A model generated the notes under the pieces. That model saw nothing but the letters and a program-made list of their open reading frames with translations, was not told where the DNA came from and searched no databases. Below, piece by piece: positions 29,004-39,853 of a DNA stretch of 64,000 nt (its first letter is position 1; every line of letters begins with the position of its first letter). Source of the stretch: an uncultured Gammaproteobacteria bacterium. GTDB taxonomy: Bacteria > Patescibacteriota > Patescibacteriia > UBA1558 > 2-01-FULL-52-15. A program made the translations under genes and the position numbers. Location of the stretch: assembly GCA_964402565.1 (NCBI GenBank), contig CAYOCJ010000001.1, forward strand, positions 288,079 to 352,078, read 5' to 3'.

Positions 29004-32000
29004 CTACTGTGAAACGATGATATTGTGGCTGCCAATTTTCTTCGTAATCTCGTTATGCAGGTCTGATGAATTGGCGACTTTAATGTTCGTTTTGATCTTG
29101 CGTATATTGCCATTCTGTACGATCAGATACACGCTCATGCTCCCGGGAAAACGCACCAGAATATCCTTGATGTCAGCAAGCGCTTCTTTGCCAAAACCGG
29201 CAGGCAAGGTGAGCCATAATTTTTGGTCTGCATGAGCTGACGACTCGAGTTGTGAGATTTTTTCTTTGGTCAGCGGTTCAGCGCTTTCAGCTAAAATTTT
29301 TGGCACGCCATCCTTGTCTGAGAGCTTGCCGTTCACCAATACCAAAGAATAATCCTGCCAGAGCGCAGGCATTTGCTCCATGAGCTTGGGAAATACGACT
29401 AGCTCGACTGATCCGCTGCCGTCCTCAAGCGTTACGAAGACCATTGGCTTGCCGCTTTTCGTTACGATCTTTTTTATCGCGGTAATGATGCCGCCGACCC
29501 GGACCATTTCTTCTGAAGCTGCGCCTGCCTGAATGACCGATAGCGCCGTAGTGTTATGGAGGAGCGGTGCGTATTTTCTGAAGGGATGGTCGCTGATGTA
29601 GAGCCCCAGTAATTCTTTTTCAAAGGCAAGTTTTTGCATCATGGTAATCAGCGGGGCAGGTTCGAGCTTGAGTTTGGCTGCAGCTCCTGCGAGCGGCAGA
29701 TCGGCGAAGAGGTCTTCCTGGCCTTTCCGCGCCTGGTCCTGTGCTTTTTTATTGAAATTTAGCAGCACATCCATATTGCCGAGCAATTCGGCCCGGTCAC
29801 CCAAGACATCAAGCGCTCCGCATTTGATAAGACTCTCTAACGATTTTTTGTTGAGATCTTTATCGTGAATTCGCTGGAGAAAATTCTCGATCGAACTGAA
29901 TTTTCCGTTTTTTTTGCGCTCATGGATGATGACCTTCGTAATATTGTCTCCGACATTCTTCACCGCGTTGAGTCCGAAGCGGATGGTGCGCGTCGCTTTG
30001 CCGGTCGTTTCATCGACGACAACAGAGAAGGTCGAAAAGCTTTCATTGACATCAGGCGCCTGGACTACCAGGCCCATTTTCTGGCTTTCATGAACTTCTT
30101 TTGCGATACGATCTGTAGAGCCCTGGTCAGCGGTCATGAGCGCAGCCATGAATTGAGCAGGGTAATGGCTTTTGAGATAGGCGGTCTGATACGCGATCAT
30201 CGCATAGGATGCCGCGTGAGATCTATTGAAGCCGTAGCGTGCGAACGGCAGGATGAACTCCCAGATTTTTTCTGCAGTGTGCTTTTGAATGCCATGCTCG
30301 ACCATGCCCTTGATCATTTTTTCCGACTGTTCGTCAAGCAGTTTTTTGATCTTCTTGCCCACTGCTTTACGCAGGATGTCCGCTTCACCATAGGTGAAGC
30401 CTGCCAGATCCCGGGCGATTTGCAGCACCTGCTCTTGGTATACCGCAATGCCATAGGTCGAGTCGAGGATAGGAGCAAGCTTCGGATGCAGATATGAAGC
30501 GGTGCGTTTGCCGAGTTTACCGTCAATATAATCGTCAATGAATTCCATGGGACCTGGCCGATACAGAGACACCATGGCGATGATATCTTCGATGTCGCTC
30601 GGCTTCAGCTTTTTCAGGTATCGCGTCATGCCGTCAGATTCAAGCTGGAAAATGCCGGTCGTATCGCCATGCTGGAGCAATTTAAATGTGTCTGCATCTT
30701 TCAACGGAAGCGTGTCGAGATCAATGACCGTACCCGTTGTTTTTTCTATGATCTCTATCGCAGTCTGCAAAATGGTCAGGTTTTTCAGTCCGAGGAAATC
30801 CATTTTCAGAAGACCAAGATCTTCTACCGGGTGCATGGAATATTGCGAGATAATGCTGTCTGGGTCAGAGCTCGAGTACTGCAGCGGCACGTGATTGGTC
30901 AGCGGCTCTTTCGTGATAATAACCGCGCATGCATGCGTCGAGGCGTGCCGCGCAATGCCTTCCAGCTTTTTTGCCATGTCCAGTAATTGCTTTGCCTGAG
31001 GATCTTCATCGTACAGCATTTTCAATTCCTCGACTTTTTGCAATGCGTCGGCAAGCGTGGTAAAGCCAGGAATGAGTTTGGCGACGCGGTCGCAGAAATT
31101 ATAGGGAAGCCCCATGACACGCCCGACATCCCGAACTGCAGCGCGTGCAGCCATGGTCCCGAAGGTGATGATCTGGGCTACGCGGTCTTTGCCGTATTTT
31201 TTTTCGACATATTCGAGCACGCGGGATCGTTCTGTATCTGAAAAGTCCATATCAATATCAGGCATTGAGATGCGCTCTGGGTTCAGGAAGCGTTCAAAGA
31301 GCAGTTTGTAGGCAAGCGGGTCGATATTCGTAATGCCAAGGAGATAGGACACCAAAGAGCCGGCCGCCGAGCCGCGGCCAGGGCCGACCATGATCGCATT
31401 GTCCTTGGCCCAGTTCACAAAATCCTGAACGATCAAAAAATAGTCCGCGAAACCTGTCTTTTTGATCACATCCAGCTCATAGTCTAGTCTATGAGTTAAT
31501 TCCTCGCTTGCCTGCGTGCTTTCGATCCCATATCTTTTTTTAATGCCCTGGTAGCTCAGCTCCTGCAGGAATTCATCGCTTGATTTTCCGCCAGGGATCT
31601 CGAAATAGGGGATATTGATCTTGCCGAGGGTGATATCAAGAGCGCAACGTTCAGCGATCGCTGCCGTATTCGCTATAGCCTCAGGAGTATCGGCAAAGTT
31701 CTCAGCCATTTGTTCAGCAGAGAGGAGTGAATAGTCCTCGCCGATATAGGACATGCGATTTTTATCAGTTAGGCGCGTCTTGGTTTGCAGACAAATAAGC
31801 GTATCGTGAGCGCTTGCGTCGTCAGTCTGTACATAATGGATATCGTTCGTCGCGACAAGCGGCACATCGTATTTTTTGCTCAACAATTTGAGCGCGCTAT
31901 TGACCTTGCTTTGCTCAGGCAGGCTTGGCCGGAACTGCAGTTCAAGGAAAAGATTTTTGGTGCTGAAGATGTCTAGTAGTTTCTGCAGATTTTTTTCAGC

Positions 32001-32456
32001 CAGCGGTTGATCGCCCTGCGCTATTGGCCGCGATACCGGGCCGTTCAGGCAAGCGGTCAGGCAGATCAGGCCCTCGCTTCGCGCCTTCAATAATTCCCAA
32101 TCGAAGCGGGGTTTATAATAAAAACCCTTGAGATGTGCATCGGTCGTCAGTTTGAGCAGGTTTTGGTAGCCGGTCGTATTCGTTGCAAGCAAGATCAGGT
32201 GATATGGCTTTATGTTTTTGTTCTGCTCGAGCATGCTCCCATCGGTCAGGTAGCCTTCCACGCCGATGATCGGTTTGATGCCCTGCTTGACTGCCTCCTG
32301 ATAAAATTCGATGGCGCCATAGAGAACGCCGTGATCAGTGAGTGCGAGCGCCTCCATGCCGCTGTTTTTTGCAGCAGCAACAAGATTCGGAATGGTACCG
32401 AGCCCGTCCAGGAGGCTGTAATGAGAATGAGTGTGGAGGTGTACGAATTTCGACAT
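29004..32456 (-). CDS. dnaE: DNA polymerase III alpha subunit
   Basis: N-terminal PHP (HLHTHSHYSLLDG), palm/fingers motifs, OB fold near C-terminus. 1150 aa. Confidence 0.95.
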   Translation of the reverse strand: MSKFVHLHTHSHYSLLDGLGTIPNLVAAAKNSGMEALALTDHGVLYGAIEFYQEAVKQGIKPIIGVEGYLTDGSMLEQNKNIKPYHLILLATNTTGYQNLLKLTTDAHLKGFYYKPRFDWELLKARSEGLICLTACLNGPVSRPIAQGDQPLAEKNLQKLLDIFSTKNLFLELQFRPSLPEQSKVNSALKLLSKKYDVPLVATNDIHYVQTDDASAHDTLICLQTKTRLTDKNRMSYIGEDYSLLSAEQMAENFADTPEAIANTAAIAERCALDITLGKINIPYFEIPGGKSSDEFLQELSYQGIKKRYGIESTQASEELTHRLDYELDVIKKTGFADYFLIVQDFVNWAKDNAIMVGPGRGSAAGSLVSYLLGITNIDPLAYKLLFERFLNPERISMPDIDMDFSDTERSRVLEYVEKKYGKDRVAQIITFGTMAARAAVRDVGRVMGLPYNFCDRVAKLIPGFTTLADALQKVEELKMLYDEDPQAKQLLDMAKKLEGIARHASTHACAVIITKEPLTNHVPLQYSSSDPDSIISQYSMHPVEDLGLLKMDFLGLKNLTILQTAIEIIEKTTGTVIDLDTLPLKDADTFKLLQHGDTTGIFQLESDGMTRYLKKLKPSDIEDIIAMVSLYRPGPMEFIDDYIDGKLGKRTASYLHPKLAPILDSTYGIAVYQEQVLQIARDLAGFTYGEADILRKAVGKKIKKLLDEQSEKMIKGMVEHGIQKHTAEKIWEFILPFARYGFNRSHAASYAMIAYQTAYLKSHYPAQFMAALMTADQGSTDRIAKEVHESQKMGLVVQAPDVNESFSTFSVVVDETTGKATRTIRFGLNAVKNVGDNITKVIIHERKKNGKFSSIENFLQRIHDKDLNKKSLESLIKCGALDVLGDRAELLGNMDVLLNFNKKAQDQARKGQEDLFADLPLAGAAAKLKLEPAPLITMMQKLAFEKELLGLYISDHPFRKYAPLLHNTTALSVIQAGAASEEMVRVGGIITAIKKIVTKSGKPMVFVTLEDGSGSVELVVFPKLMEQMPALWQDYSLVLVNGKLSDKDGVPKILAESAEPLTKEKISQLESSAHADQKLWLTLPAGFGKEALADIKDILVRFPGSMSVYLIVQNGNIRKIKTNIKVANSSDLHNEITKKIGSHNIIVSQ

Positions 32457-32520
32457 AGGACGTAATCAATACAACAGGACGGTCATCCTGTTGTGCTTCG
32501 AAGCGTTACATGCAAATCTA

Positions 32521-32856
32521 TTAGAGTTCAGTTCGCTTCTTTCGATTTTTGTTTTTACTGTCTTCTGCTTCGTTTTTTTCGGAATGTTTTTCGCGCATGC
32601 TGCGGATCAGTTCGGAAAGTTTCTCGCCGCCTTTCATGATGAGCGGAAGGATGGCTGCGGCATTACGGATCTGGTCTTTGGCCAGGTCCAGGACCGAGCT
32701 GAATTTATCAATGACCGACGTAGCCTGGCGGATGACCTTTTCGACATCGCGGAAGATCTTGATGAAATACCAGAGTATCCAGGCAATGAAAAAAGTTAAG
32801 ACCGCTGCTGAGGCTGCCAATGTATAGTTCAATATATCTCGAGATGTTCCAAGCAT
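32521..32856 (-). CDS. small membrane hypothetical protein
   Basis: Start at MLGTSRD. Minus-strand TGTGCTATACT promoter motif (plus 32866-32876) 9 nt upstream of ATG, implying leaderless mRNA. Confidence 0.45.
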   Translation of the reverse strand: MLGTSRDILNYTLAASAAVLTFFIAWILWYFIKIFRDVEKVIRQATSVIDKFSSVLDLAKDQIRNAAAILPLIMKGGEKLSELIRSMREKHSEKNEAEDSKNKNRKKRTEL

Positions 32857-32865
32857 AGCGAATAT

Positions 32866-32876
32866 AGTATAGCACA
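32866..32876 (-). promoter_or_regulatory. extended -10 promoter TGTGCTATACT (minus strand) abutting start codon
   Basis: Plus AGTATAGCACA is the reverse complement of the recurring motif. Confidence 0.4.
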
Positions 32877-32900
32877 GACGTTTATAGTATACTATATAAC

Positions 32901-33761
32901 ATGGCAAATGACCAAATAGACCTGGATAAAAAAATACTTGCCCGCGGGTATTGGATAGCGACACACAGGCTCGCGCTGGAGCGATGGGCTACTCGCGGCC
33001 TTACCGCGCTTATTATTTTAGTGTATCTGCTTTTCTTCGTGCAATTCGGGCTTTACATGTATCGATTGAATCAATGGCAGGAGCTGCTGGCACGTTCCAT
33101 CGTGCCGACCATCCCGTGGAGCGCTGTCAACAAGGACTTGGCGCCGCTTGATATAGATTTCGGAACACCGATGGTATTTCCGCAGGGCGAGAACAAGTAT
33201 GATTTTGTGGTCGAAGTGTATAATCCCAATCAGCAATGGGCGCTTGAATCGATGAATTACACGTTCGAGTTCGGCACCAATGAGGCGACCAAGGCCGATC
33301 ATGCCTTTATTTTGCCCGGCGAACGGAAATACATTGCGGTGCTCGGGTATCGCTCAACTGATCCGATCAAAGGCGTTGGCCATTTCACGACATCGGATTT
33401 CCGCTGGCATAAAGTTTCACATCTGCCTCCGCTGAATTGGGATTTCACCGTGCCGCCTACTTATACGGCACGCCTGGCGACCGTCGAGAAAGGCGTGCAG
33501 TCAGTATTGCCTGCTGAAGTGCATTGGACCGTGCGGAATGAGTCCACCCTGAATATCCGGAAGGTCGTCTGGCAGATCTCATACCTTAGCAGCGGCAAGC
33601 TCGTCGGCTTGTCCGAATATACGAGCGAAAATTTCCCATTCCTGGAAGAGCGTGATTTTTCCTTAAGCGCACCGGATTCGATAGGACGCGTTGAGAATGT
33701 GAAAGTATACCCGATCGTCAATATTTTTGATCCTAATTTTTCGTATCTTCCCCAAAGCTAA
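32901..33761 (+). CDS. membrane-anchored hypothetical protein
   Basis: Single N-terminal TM (LTALIILVYLLFFVQFGLYM). TAGTATACT -10-like 9 nt upstream. Confidence 0.5.
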   Translation: MANDQIDLDKKILARGYWIATHRLALERWATRGLTALIILVYLLFFVQFGLYMYRLNQWQELLARSIVPTIPWSAVNKDLAPLDIDFGTPMVFPQGENKYDFVVEVYNPNQQWALESMNYTFEFGTNEATKADHAFILPGERKYIAVLGYRSTDPIKGVGHFTTSDFRWHKVSHLPPLNWDFTVPPTYTARLATVEKGVQSVLPAEVHWTVRNESTLNIRKVVWQISYLSSGKLVGLSEYTSENFPFLEERDFSLSAPDSIGRVENVKVYPIVNIFDPNFSYLPQS

Positions 33762-33782
33762 CTTTTGGGCTAGACTCGAACC

Positions 33783-34886
33783 ATGCTTTCTTCCATATGG
33801 AAACGAATTCGCGGTGTTGACTGGCTCTTAAGCGTTGCCATTTTTTTTCTGGTCAGTCTCAGCCTTGCCATTCTCTACGGCATCAGTATCAATACCGCGA
33901 ACACCGGCTTATTCGTGAAGCAATTGATCGTGGTTGCTATCGGGTTTGCTGCTTTTTTCATCATTAGTAATTTGAATTATCGGCTCTGGATGATGTATTC
34001 GAAGGCATTCTATGCAGTCGGGGTTTTGGGTCTTCTCTTTGTGCTTGTTTTCGGCGTCACTATACGGGGAACTACCGGCTGGGTATCGTTCGCAGGCTTC
34101 AGCTTCCAGCCGGTCGAATTTGCGAAGATCGCCCTCATCATCATGCTGGCGAAGTATTTCAGCGATCACGGCAGGCAATTTTTTCTCTGGCGGCATATCC
34201 TGGCAAGCGGAGCCATGACAGCTGTGTATGTGGCGCTCGTTTTGAAGCAGCCTGATTTCGGATCGGCGATCGTACTCCTGGGCACCTGGTTTCTCATGCT
34301 CATGGTCGTGGGCGTGCCCCGGAAGCATTTGATCATTTTGGTCTCAACATTTCTCGTCGTAGCGGTCGGCGCATGGTTTTTCGTACTCAAGGATTATCAG
34401 AAAGACCGCATCATGACCTTCGTCAATCCGCAAGCTGATATTTTGGGAGTCGGATACAATGTCCGGCAGTCCGTTATCGCAGTCGGTTCAGGGCAGATCA
34501 TCGGCAGAGGATTCGGGCTGGGGTCGCAAAGCCAATTGAAATTTTTACCTGAACCAGAAACTGACTTCGTGTTCGCTGTGCTCGCTGAAGAATTCGGCCT
34601 TATCGGCGTGCTGATCCTGTTCGCGGGTTTTGGCGCTCTCTTGTATCGCCTCTTTCGCATTGCACATAAGACCGGCGATAATTTTGCCGCGTTTTTTTGT
34701 CTCGGCCTTGCCGCACTCATGACCGTACAGACCTTCATCAATATCGGCATGAATATCGGCATTGCGCCGGTAACCGGTATTCCTTTGCCGTTCATATCAT
34801 CAGGCGGTAGTTCGCTTTTAGGTTTTTTTGTCGCCTTTGGCATCGTATCGAGTATTATCGTTGATAATCGAACGCTTCGTACTTGA
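33783..34886 (+). CDS. ftsW: SEDS-family peptidoglycan glycosyltransferase FtsW/RodA
   Basis: Multi-TM. Conserved GxGFGLGSQSQLKFLPE and VLAEEFGLIG SEDS motifs. Confidence 0.85.
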   Translation: MLSSIWKRIRGVDWLLSVAIFFLVSLSLAILYGISINTANTGLFVKQLIVVAIGFAAFFIISNLNYRLWMMYSKAFYAVGVLGLLFVLVFGVTIRGTTGWVSFAGFSFQPVEFAKIALIIMLAKYFSDHGRQFFLWRHILASGAMTAVYVALVLKQPDFGSAIVLLGTWFLMLMVVGVPRKHLIILVSTFLVVAVGAWFFVLKDYQKDRIMTFVNPQADILGVGYNVRQSVIAVGSGQIIGRGFGLGSQSQLKFLPEPETDFVFAVLAEEFGLIGVLILFAGFGALLYRLFRIAHKTGDNFAAFFCLGLAALMTVQTFINIGMNIGIAPVTGIPLPFISSGGSSLLGFFVAFGIVSSIIVDNRTLRT

Positions 34887-34926
34887 TTTTATTGATAAAA
34901 AACGACCTAGCGCGTATAGTATTTGT

Positions 34927-35514
34927 ATGCGGAGGGGATTTACACTTATTGAACTCCTGGTTGTTATAGCCATTATAGGCATTTTGGCAGCTATTGTTGT
35001 AACGAACGTAAATGTCGCGCGTGCAAAATCGCGCGATGCTCGCCGTTTGAGCGAAGCACATAATATCCAGCAGGCCCTGGAACTTTTTTATGAGGCGAAC
35101 GGGTATTATCCTTACTCGCAAGGTTGTGGCAGTGTTTTAGGTAGTGGTCATTGGTGCGACAGCTCTGCGACCATTGATGCGAGCGGTTCGTGGATCCATA
35201 ATGCCTCAGATACGCAGAATTTGTCGGCATATTTCAGCAGAATGCCGGTCGACCCATTGAATAAGCCCACTCCGTCACTGGGTCCGGTAGATTATGCTCA
35301 AACATACAATTACTATGCCATGGGCGCTTGCACTGGCTCACCGCAAAGCCAATGGTATATGCTCGTGGTTACATTAGAAATTCCGCGACCTGATCTCGCA
35401 GCGCGAGATGGCGTGCGAGATGGTTGCGGCACCTTGTATGACGATGCGTCCCTGAAAGCGAGTAACCCGAGTGCGAACCCAGGGATACTGGTCTTTGGAA
35501 ACAATCATTTCTAA
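34927..35514 (+). CDS. type IV pilin / GspG-like pseudopilin
   Basis: MRRGFTLIELLVVIAIIGILAAIV. RDARRLSEAHNIQQALELFY GspG-like. Confidence 0.7.
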   Translation: MRRGFTLIELLVVIAIIGILAAIVVTNVNVARAKSRDARRLSEAHNIQQALELFYEANGYYPYSQGCGSVLGSGHWCDSSATIDASGSWIHNASDTQNLSAYFSRMPVDPLNKPTPSLGPVDYAQTYNYYAMGACTGSPQSQWYMLVVTLEIPRPDLAARDGVRDGCGTLYDDASLKASNPSANPGILVFGNNHF

Positions 35515-35610
35515 GGTGACCGCATAGATCGGCCCAAGGTTATACTTGACGCATCTTCTTAAATATGATTAAATCCTTTCGTTCAGGATAACATTTTTCA
35601 ATTATCTGAT

Positions 35611-36282
35611 ATGAATTTAGCGCTTACTGCTATCAAACGAGAACTGACCACCTATGGTGGTTTGAAGTCATTGCGCGAAAAAGGCTCGATCCCTGCGATC
35701 GTCTATAGCCATGGCAAAGAAAATCATCTGATCACCTTGCCGGCGAAAGAATTCAGCGTTGTGCTGACAAAAGCTGGCTCGAGCAACCTCATCGACCTGT
35801 CCATAGAAGGTGCCAAAGGAGCAGTCCCTGTCCTGATCTCTGAAGTACAGCGAGACCCGCTTTCAAATAAGGTCATTCACGTTGATCTGCATGAAGTGCG
35901 AATGGATGAGAAGCTCCGCACTGAAATTCAACTCGAATTTATCGGCGAATCACCCGCAGTGAAATCGTTGGGCGGTAACCTGATCACCAGTATTGACTCG
36001 CTCAATGTGGAGTGTTTACCGAAAGATCTGGTTTCTTCTATTCAAGTCGATATCTCGGTGCTTGAAGCACTCGACACCACCTTGCATATTAGTGATCTGA
36101 AAATTCCGGCAGGTATTACCGTTCTCGATGATCCCTCTGGTAGTGTAGTGAGTGTTCTGACACCAAGAGAAGAGAAAGAAACTGAGACACCGGTAACTGA
36201 AGTTATTGGTGGCGAACCGGGCGCGCCTGTTGCTGAGGGTGAGGCTGCTGCTGCCACTGCAGCCGAAGAGCCGAAGAAATAA
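35611..36282 (+). CDS. rplY: 50S ribosomal protein L25 / general stress protein Ctc
   Basis: PAIVYSHGKEN, SEVQRDPLSNKVIHVDLHEV. Acidic Ala/Glu C-terminal tail. Confidence 0.8.
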   Translation: MNLALTAIKRELTTYGGLKSLREKGSIPAIVYSHGKENHLITLPAKEFSVVLTKAGSSNLIDLSIEGAKGAVPVLISEVQRDPLSNKVIHVDLHEVRMDEKLRTEIQLEFIGESPAVKSLGGNLITSIDSLNVECLPKDLVSSIQVDISVLEALDTTLHISDLKIPAGITVLDDPSGSVVSVLTPREEKETETPVTEVIGGEPGAPVAEGEAAAATAAEEPKK

Positions 36283-36313
36283 TCAGTTTCGGTACGTAAA
36301 TTTCATTGCGACT

Positions 36314-37351
36314 ATGCATCGTAGGGTTCAGCTTGCTGCTGCTACAGTCATCACCGTTATCGTAGGAGCAGTTTTTTATTATGCCTTTATTGCGCCGGGC
36401 CTCAAAACATCGAAGGCGCCTGAAGCGCCAGCGCATTTATTCGATACGCCGGTTGCACGGCATCCACTGACCGGTGTCATCGTATCGTCAACGCCTGATT
36501 TTTTCCCCGTGAGCGTCATGTTCGACAATTTCGAAACGGTTAAGACGCGGCCAGGCCTTGAAAATGCCTCGATCGTCTATGAAGCATTAGCTGAGGGCGG
36601 CATTACGAGGCTCATGGGCGTTTTCGACAGTTCAGATAGCGTGAAAAAATTCGGGCCTATCCGTTCAGTACGGCCATATTTCATTGATTGGGCTTCTGAA
36701 TACGGCGGCATTCTGATGCATGTCGGCGGCAGCCCGGAAGCTTTGGATCAGCTGAAGAATAGCGATGCCGTCATGGACATCGATCAGATCGGTGCGAAAG
36801 AAATGTATTTTACGCGGGACCCGAGTATCCAGCCTCCGCATAATGTGTTTTCATCCTTTTCATCGTGGCTGCAATTAGATGATCGCCTGCATGTTCCGCA
36901 TCCGACCATCACGCCGTGGAAATATTCAGATATGGCGCCGCAAACACAGACTGCTACGCAACAAGTCGATATCATATATTCGCCTGGTTTGAAGACCTCC
37001 TGGGCATACAATGCTGAGAAGAACAGTTATATCAGGTTTGTCAACGGTGATGCGCAGCTCTATGCAACGGGCGATTCTGTTTCTGCATCGAATGTGGTGA
37101 TTATCCAGGTGCCGACAGAAACGATCGATACCGTTGGCCGCCAGCATATGAAGACTTTAGGTTCCGGGCCGGCTCAAATTTTAAGGAATGGCCAAACCAT
37201 GCATGGAACCTGGATGAAAGAAACACGGGGTTCGCGCATGCGTTTCATCGGCGATGATCAGCAAGAAATATCACTGACCCCTGGGCGGACATGGGTTGCC
37301 GTGGTGCCATCGCTTGATCTGGTTTCAAATACCCAGGATGCTACGCATTGA
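36314..37351 (+). CDS. DUF3048 (YerB-like) domain protein
   Basis: RPGLENASIVYEALAEGGITRLMGVF...GPIRSVRPYF...GGSPEAL pattern with N-terminal TM anchor. Confidence 0.65.
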   Translation: MHRRVQLAAATVITVIVGAVFYYAFIAPGLKTSKAPEAPAHLFDTPVARHPLTGVIVSSTPDFFPVSVMFDNFETVKTRPGLENASIVYEALAEGGITRLMGVFDSSDSVKKFGPIRSVRPYFIDWASEYGGILMHVGGSPEALDQLKNSDAVMDIDQIGAKEMYFTRDPSIQPPHNVFSSFSSWLQLDDRLHVPHPTITPWKYSDMAPQTQTATQQVDIIYSPGLKTSWAYNAEKNSYIRFVNGDAQLYATGDSVSASNVVIIQVPTETIDTVGRQHMKTLGSGPAQILRNGQTMHGTWMKETRGSRMRFIGDDQQEISLTPGRTWVAVVPSLDLVSNTQDATH

Positions 37352-38180
37352 TAATGACGACGCGGTCATGGCCGCTTAGGTCCTTCAATACGGTGAGAGA
37401 TGATTCAGGGAAAACACTCTGAACTTTTTTTGTTATTGGATCAGTTTGTGATGGATCAATTTCCAGCATCATGACGCCGTGTTCGGCGAGATGATCTTTT
37501 GCCTGCTTCAGAAACTCACGATAGATATCAAGCCCGTCGCTGCCTCCCCATAATGCCCCGACGGGTTCTTGTTTGATCGACGGTTCATTGAGCTGTGCGG
37601 TGGTCAGATAGGGGAGATTGGCAATGAGTAATGTGAATTTCTGGTCGCCGCATTCTGAAAAAAGATTTGATTCTATAAAATGTACTTTGGCCTGTATTTT
37701 TTTTGCATTCTTGCGGGCAATTACCAGCGCATGCTCGGATATATCAATGCCGAAGAAGCTAACGTGTCTGTGAGCGTCTGTGTTTTTTGCAATAGAAATG
37801 ATGATGCAGCCGGAACCAGTTCCCATATCAAGAACGCTTTGGTAGTCATTATTTTTCAGATGACTGAGCGCGCTGTCTACGAGCAATTCAGTTTCCGGCC
37901 TTGGCACGAGCGTATGTTCATCTATGATGAAATCCAGGCCGTAAAATTCTTTATGCCCGACCAGGACAGCAACTGACATCCCAGCCATCCGTTGGGCAAT
38001 CATTTTTTGAATTTCGCCGCGCTGGTCTATTGAAACGAGTGTGTCGGGGTGCGCGAAGAGTTCGCTTTTGTCCGTGCCTAGTATGTGAGATATGAGGATA
38101 GCTGCATCATCAGCCGGCATATGCGCGGTCTGAAGTTTTTTTTCTGATTGACTGAGGATCTCTCCGATGCTCCCGTTCAT
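37341..38180 (-). CDS. prmC: release factor glutamine methyltransferase PrmC/HemK
   Basis: [14 protein letters not shown] motif and NLPY substrate motif. Overlaps prfA stop. Confidence 0.85.
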   Translation of the reverse strand: MNGSIGEILSQSEKKLQTAHMPADDAAILISHILGTDKSELFAHPDTLVSIDQRGEIQKMIAQRMAGMSVAVLVGHKEFYGLDFIIDEHTLVPRPETELLVDSALSHLKNNDYQSVLDMGTGSGCIIISIAKNTDAHRHVSFFGIDISEHALVIARKNAKKIQAKVHFIESNLFSECGDQKFTLLIANLPYLTTAQLNEPSIKQEPVGALWGGSDGLDIYREFLKQAKDHLAEHGVMMLEIDPSQTDPITKKVQSVFPESSLTVLKDLSGHDRVVIINA

Positions 38181-39262
38181 ATCTGTTCTTGCCGGTCTGC
38201 GAGATGCAGGGCTTCAATGATCGGATCAATGGCGCCATCCATGATCACGCTGAGGTTATGGAAATTTTGCTTGATGCGATGGTCGGTGACGCGATCCTGA
38301 GGGAAATTATAGGTTCGGATCTTTTCGCTTCTGTCACCGGTGCCGACCTGGGATTTCCGTGCATCGGCTCGTTCTTTCTGGCGTTTCTCAACTTCCATAG
38401 CAAGAAGCCGTGAGCGGAGGATAGTCATAGCTTTCAGCTTGTTCTGTTGCTGCGATCGTTCATCCTGGCAGCCGACGACCATACCTGTCGGCAAGTGTGT
38501 GATGCGAACCGCAGAATAGGTCGTGTTCACCGACTGCCCGCCATGACCACCGGACATGAACGTGTCGATCCGCAGATCCTTGGGTTGAATATCAATATCC
38601 ACTTCTTCTGCTTCTGGAAGCACTGCGACAGTCGCGGCAGACGTATGCACGCGGCCTGCTTTTTCAGTCTCAGGCACCCGCTGTACCCGATGCACGCCCA
38701 TTTCGTATTTTAGTTTTTTATAAATACGATCGCCTTCGACAGAGAAAATGATTTCTTTGAAACCGCCCAATGAAGTGCGATTGCTCGAAATGATCGCAGC
38801 TTTCCAGCTATGTCGTTCAGCAAATCTGCTATACATTCTGAAGAGTTCGGCTGCGAATAGGGCTGATTCATCACCGCCAGTGCCGGCGCGTATTTCTATG
38901 ATGACGTTTTTCGCGTCATTCGGATCGGCAGGATTCATGAGCTCGTCGAGCTCGGAACTGAGCATTGGGATCTTTTCTTCCAGGTTCGCAATTTCTTCAT
39001 CCATCATATTACGTAAGGCCTCATCGTCTTCAGTGGCACGGTCTTTTCTGAGCGCAGCAAGGTCCGCCTTGGTTTTCTCAAGCCTTTCTGACCGTTCAAG
39101 CATTTCTTTCAGTTCTTTATATTTTTTTGAGAGCGAGCCGTATTTTTTGCCATCACTAAGAATCTCAGGCTTTGCTAAGTCTGCTTCCATGGTCGTTAGT
39201 TGTGATTTGATTTCACCTAAGTTCATTGAATTAGTATACCGTTTTATTTCCTGACCGCCCAT
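38177..39262 (-). CDS. prfA: peptide chain release factor 1
   Basis: GGQ ([13 protein letters not shown]) and RF1-type PET (PxT) motif. Start at ATG 39262 with AAGGAAGG RBS. Alternative leaderless start at 39226 preceded by GGTATACT. Confidence 0.88.
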   Translation of the reverse strand: MGGQEIKRYTNSMNLGEIKSQLTTMEADLAKPEILSDGKKYGSLSKKYKELKEMLERSERLEKTKADLAALRKDRATEDDEALRNMMDEEIANLEEKIPMLSSELDELMNPADPNDAKNVIIEIRAGTGGDESALFAAELFRMYSRFAERHSWKAAIISSNRTSLGGFKEIIFSVEGDRIYKKLKYEMGVHRVQRVPETEKAGRVHTSAATVAVLPEAEEVDIDIQPKDLRIDTFMSGGHGGQSVNTTYSAVRITHLPTGMVVGCQDERSQQQNKLKAMTILRSRLLAMEVEKRQKERADARKSQVGTGDRSEKIRTYNFPQDRVTDHRIKQNFHNLSVIMDGAIDPIIEALHLADRQEQI

Positions 39263-39420
39263 ACGACCTTCCTTCGGCACGCAATGACTATCCTAGGAAT
39301 CTTGGCGAGTAATCTCAGGCCTGCTGCTCGCCTGTGTCAGATCGCATGAGCGGTCAAGCTCCCATTTACATAAAACAAAAAACCCTACACGGGAGTGATG
39401 GGTTTTTTCAAAAAGTGCAG

Positions 39421-39711
39421 CTATTTCTCTTTCTTTGCTTTCGTAGCTTTCTTTTCTGAAGATCGGGCCTTCTTTGCTTTTTTGCCCAGACGGACTTTCG
39501 ATGTTTCTTCCTTTTTCGTGATCAAGCGCTTGAAGCGGTCCACACGGCCGGCAGTGTCTACCAGTTTATCCTTGCCGGTATAGAACGGGTGGCAATTTGA
39601 ACAAATTTCAATGTGAAGCTCTTTCATGGTCGAGCCGGTTTTGAAAGTATTGCCGCAGGCGCATTTGACGACTGCGTCAGTATAGTAGGTTGGGTGAATA
39701 TCTTGTTTCAT
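39421..39711 (-). CDS. rpmE: 50S ribosomal protein L31 with Lys-rich C-terminal extension
   Basis: [17 protein letters not shown]...[10 protein letters not shown] zinc ribbon. Confidence 0.85.
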   Translation of the reverse strand: MKQDIHPTYYTDAVVKCACGNTFKTGSTMKELHIEICSNCHPFYTGKDKLVDTAGRVDRFKRLITKKEETSKVRLGKKAKKARSSEKKATKAKKEK

Positions 39712-39813
39712 AAGTGTTTTTCCGCCCGAGGCGGACCAGCCTTGGGCTGGCATAGCCTGCGTATAGTACTACGGTTTTGCCCTATTGTCAAGAATCGGCC
39801 TGTATAAAGTGAG

Positions 39814-39848
39814 AAAGCCCGCTCGCGCGTTAGCGCTGAGCGGGCTTT
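39814..39848. terminator. GC-rich hairpin terminator (AAAGCCCGCTCGCGCG..GCGCTGAGCGGGCTTT)
   Basis: Imperfect ~14-bp stem flanked by A/T runs both sides. Confidence 0.6.
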
Positions 39849-39853
39849 CGGGC

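Noticed and set aside
29865-31311. Several 60-210-aa plus ORFs inside dnaE
   Set aside because: Antisense shadows of dnaE.
39226-39262. Alternative leaderless start of prfA at 39226 (MNLGEIK) preceded by GGTATACT
   Set aside because: Upstream Met at 39262 has a good AAGGAAGG RBS and the frame is open. Kept the longer form but the shorter leaderless form is plausible.
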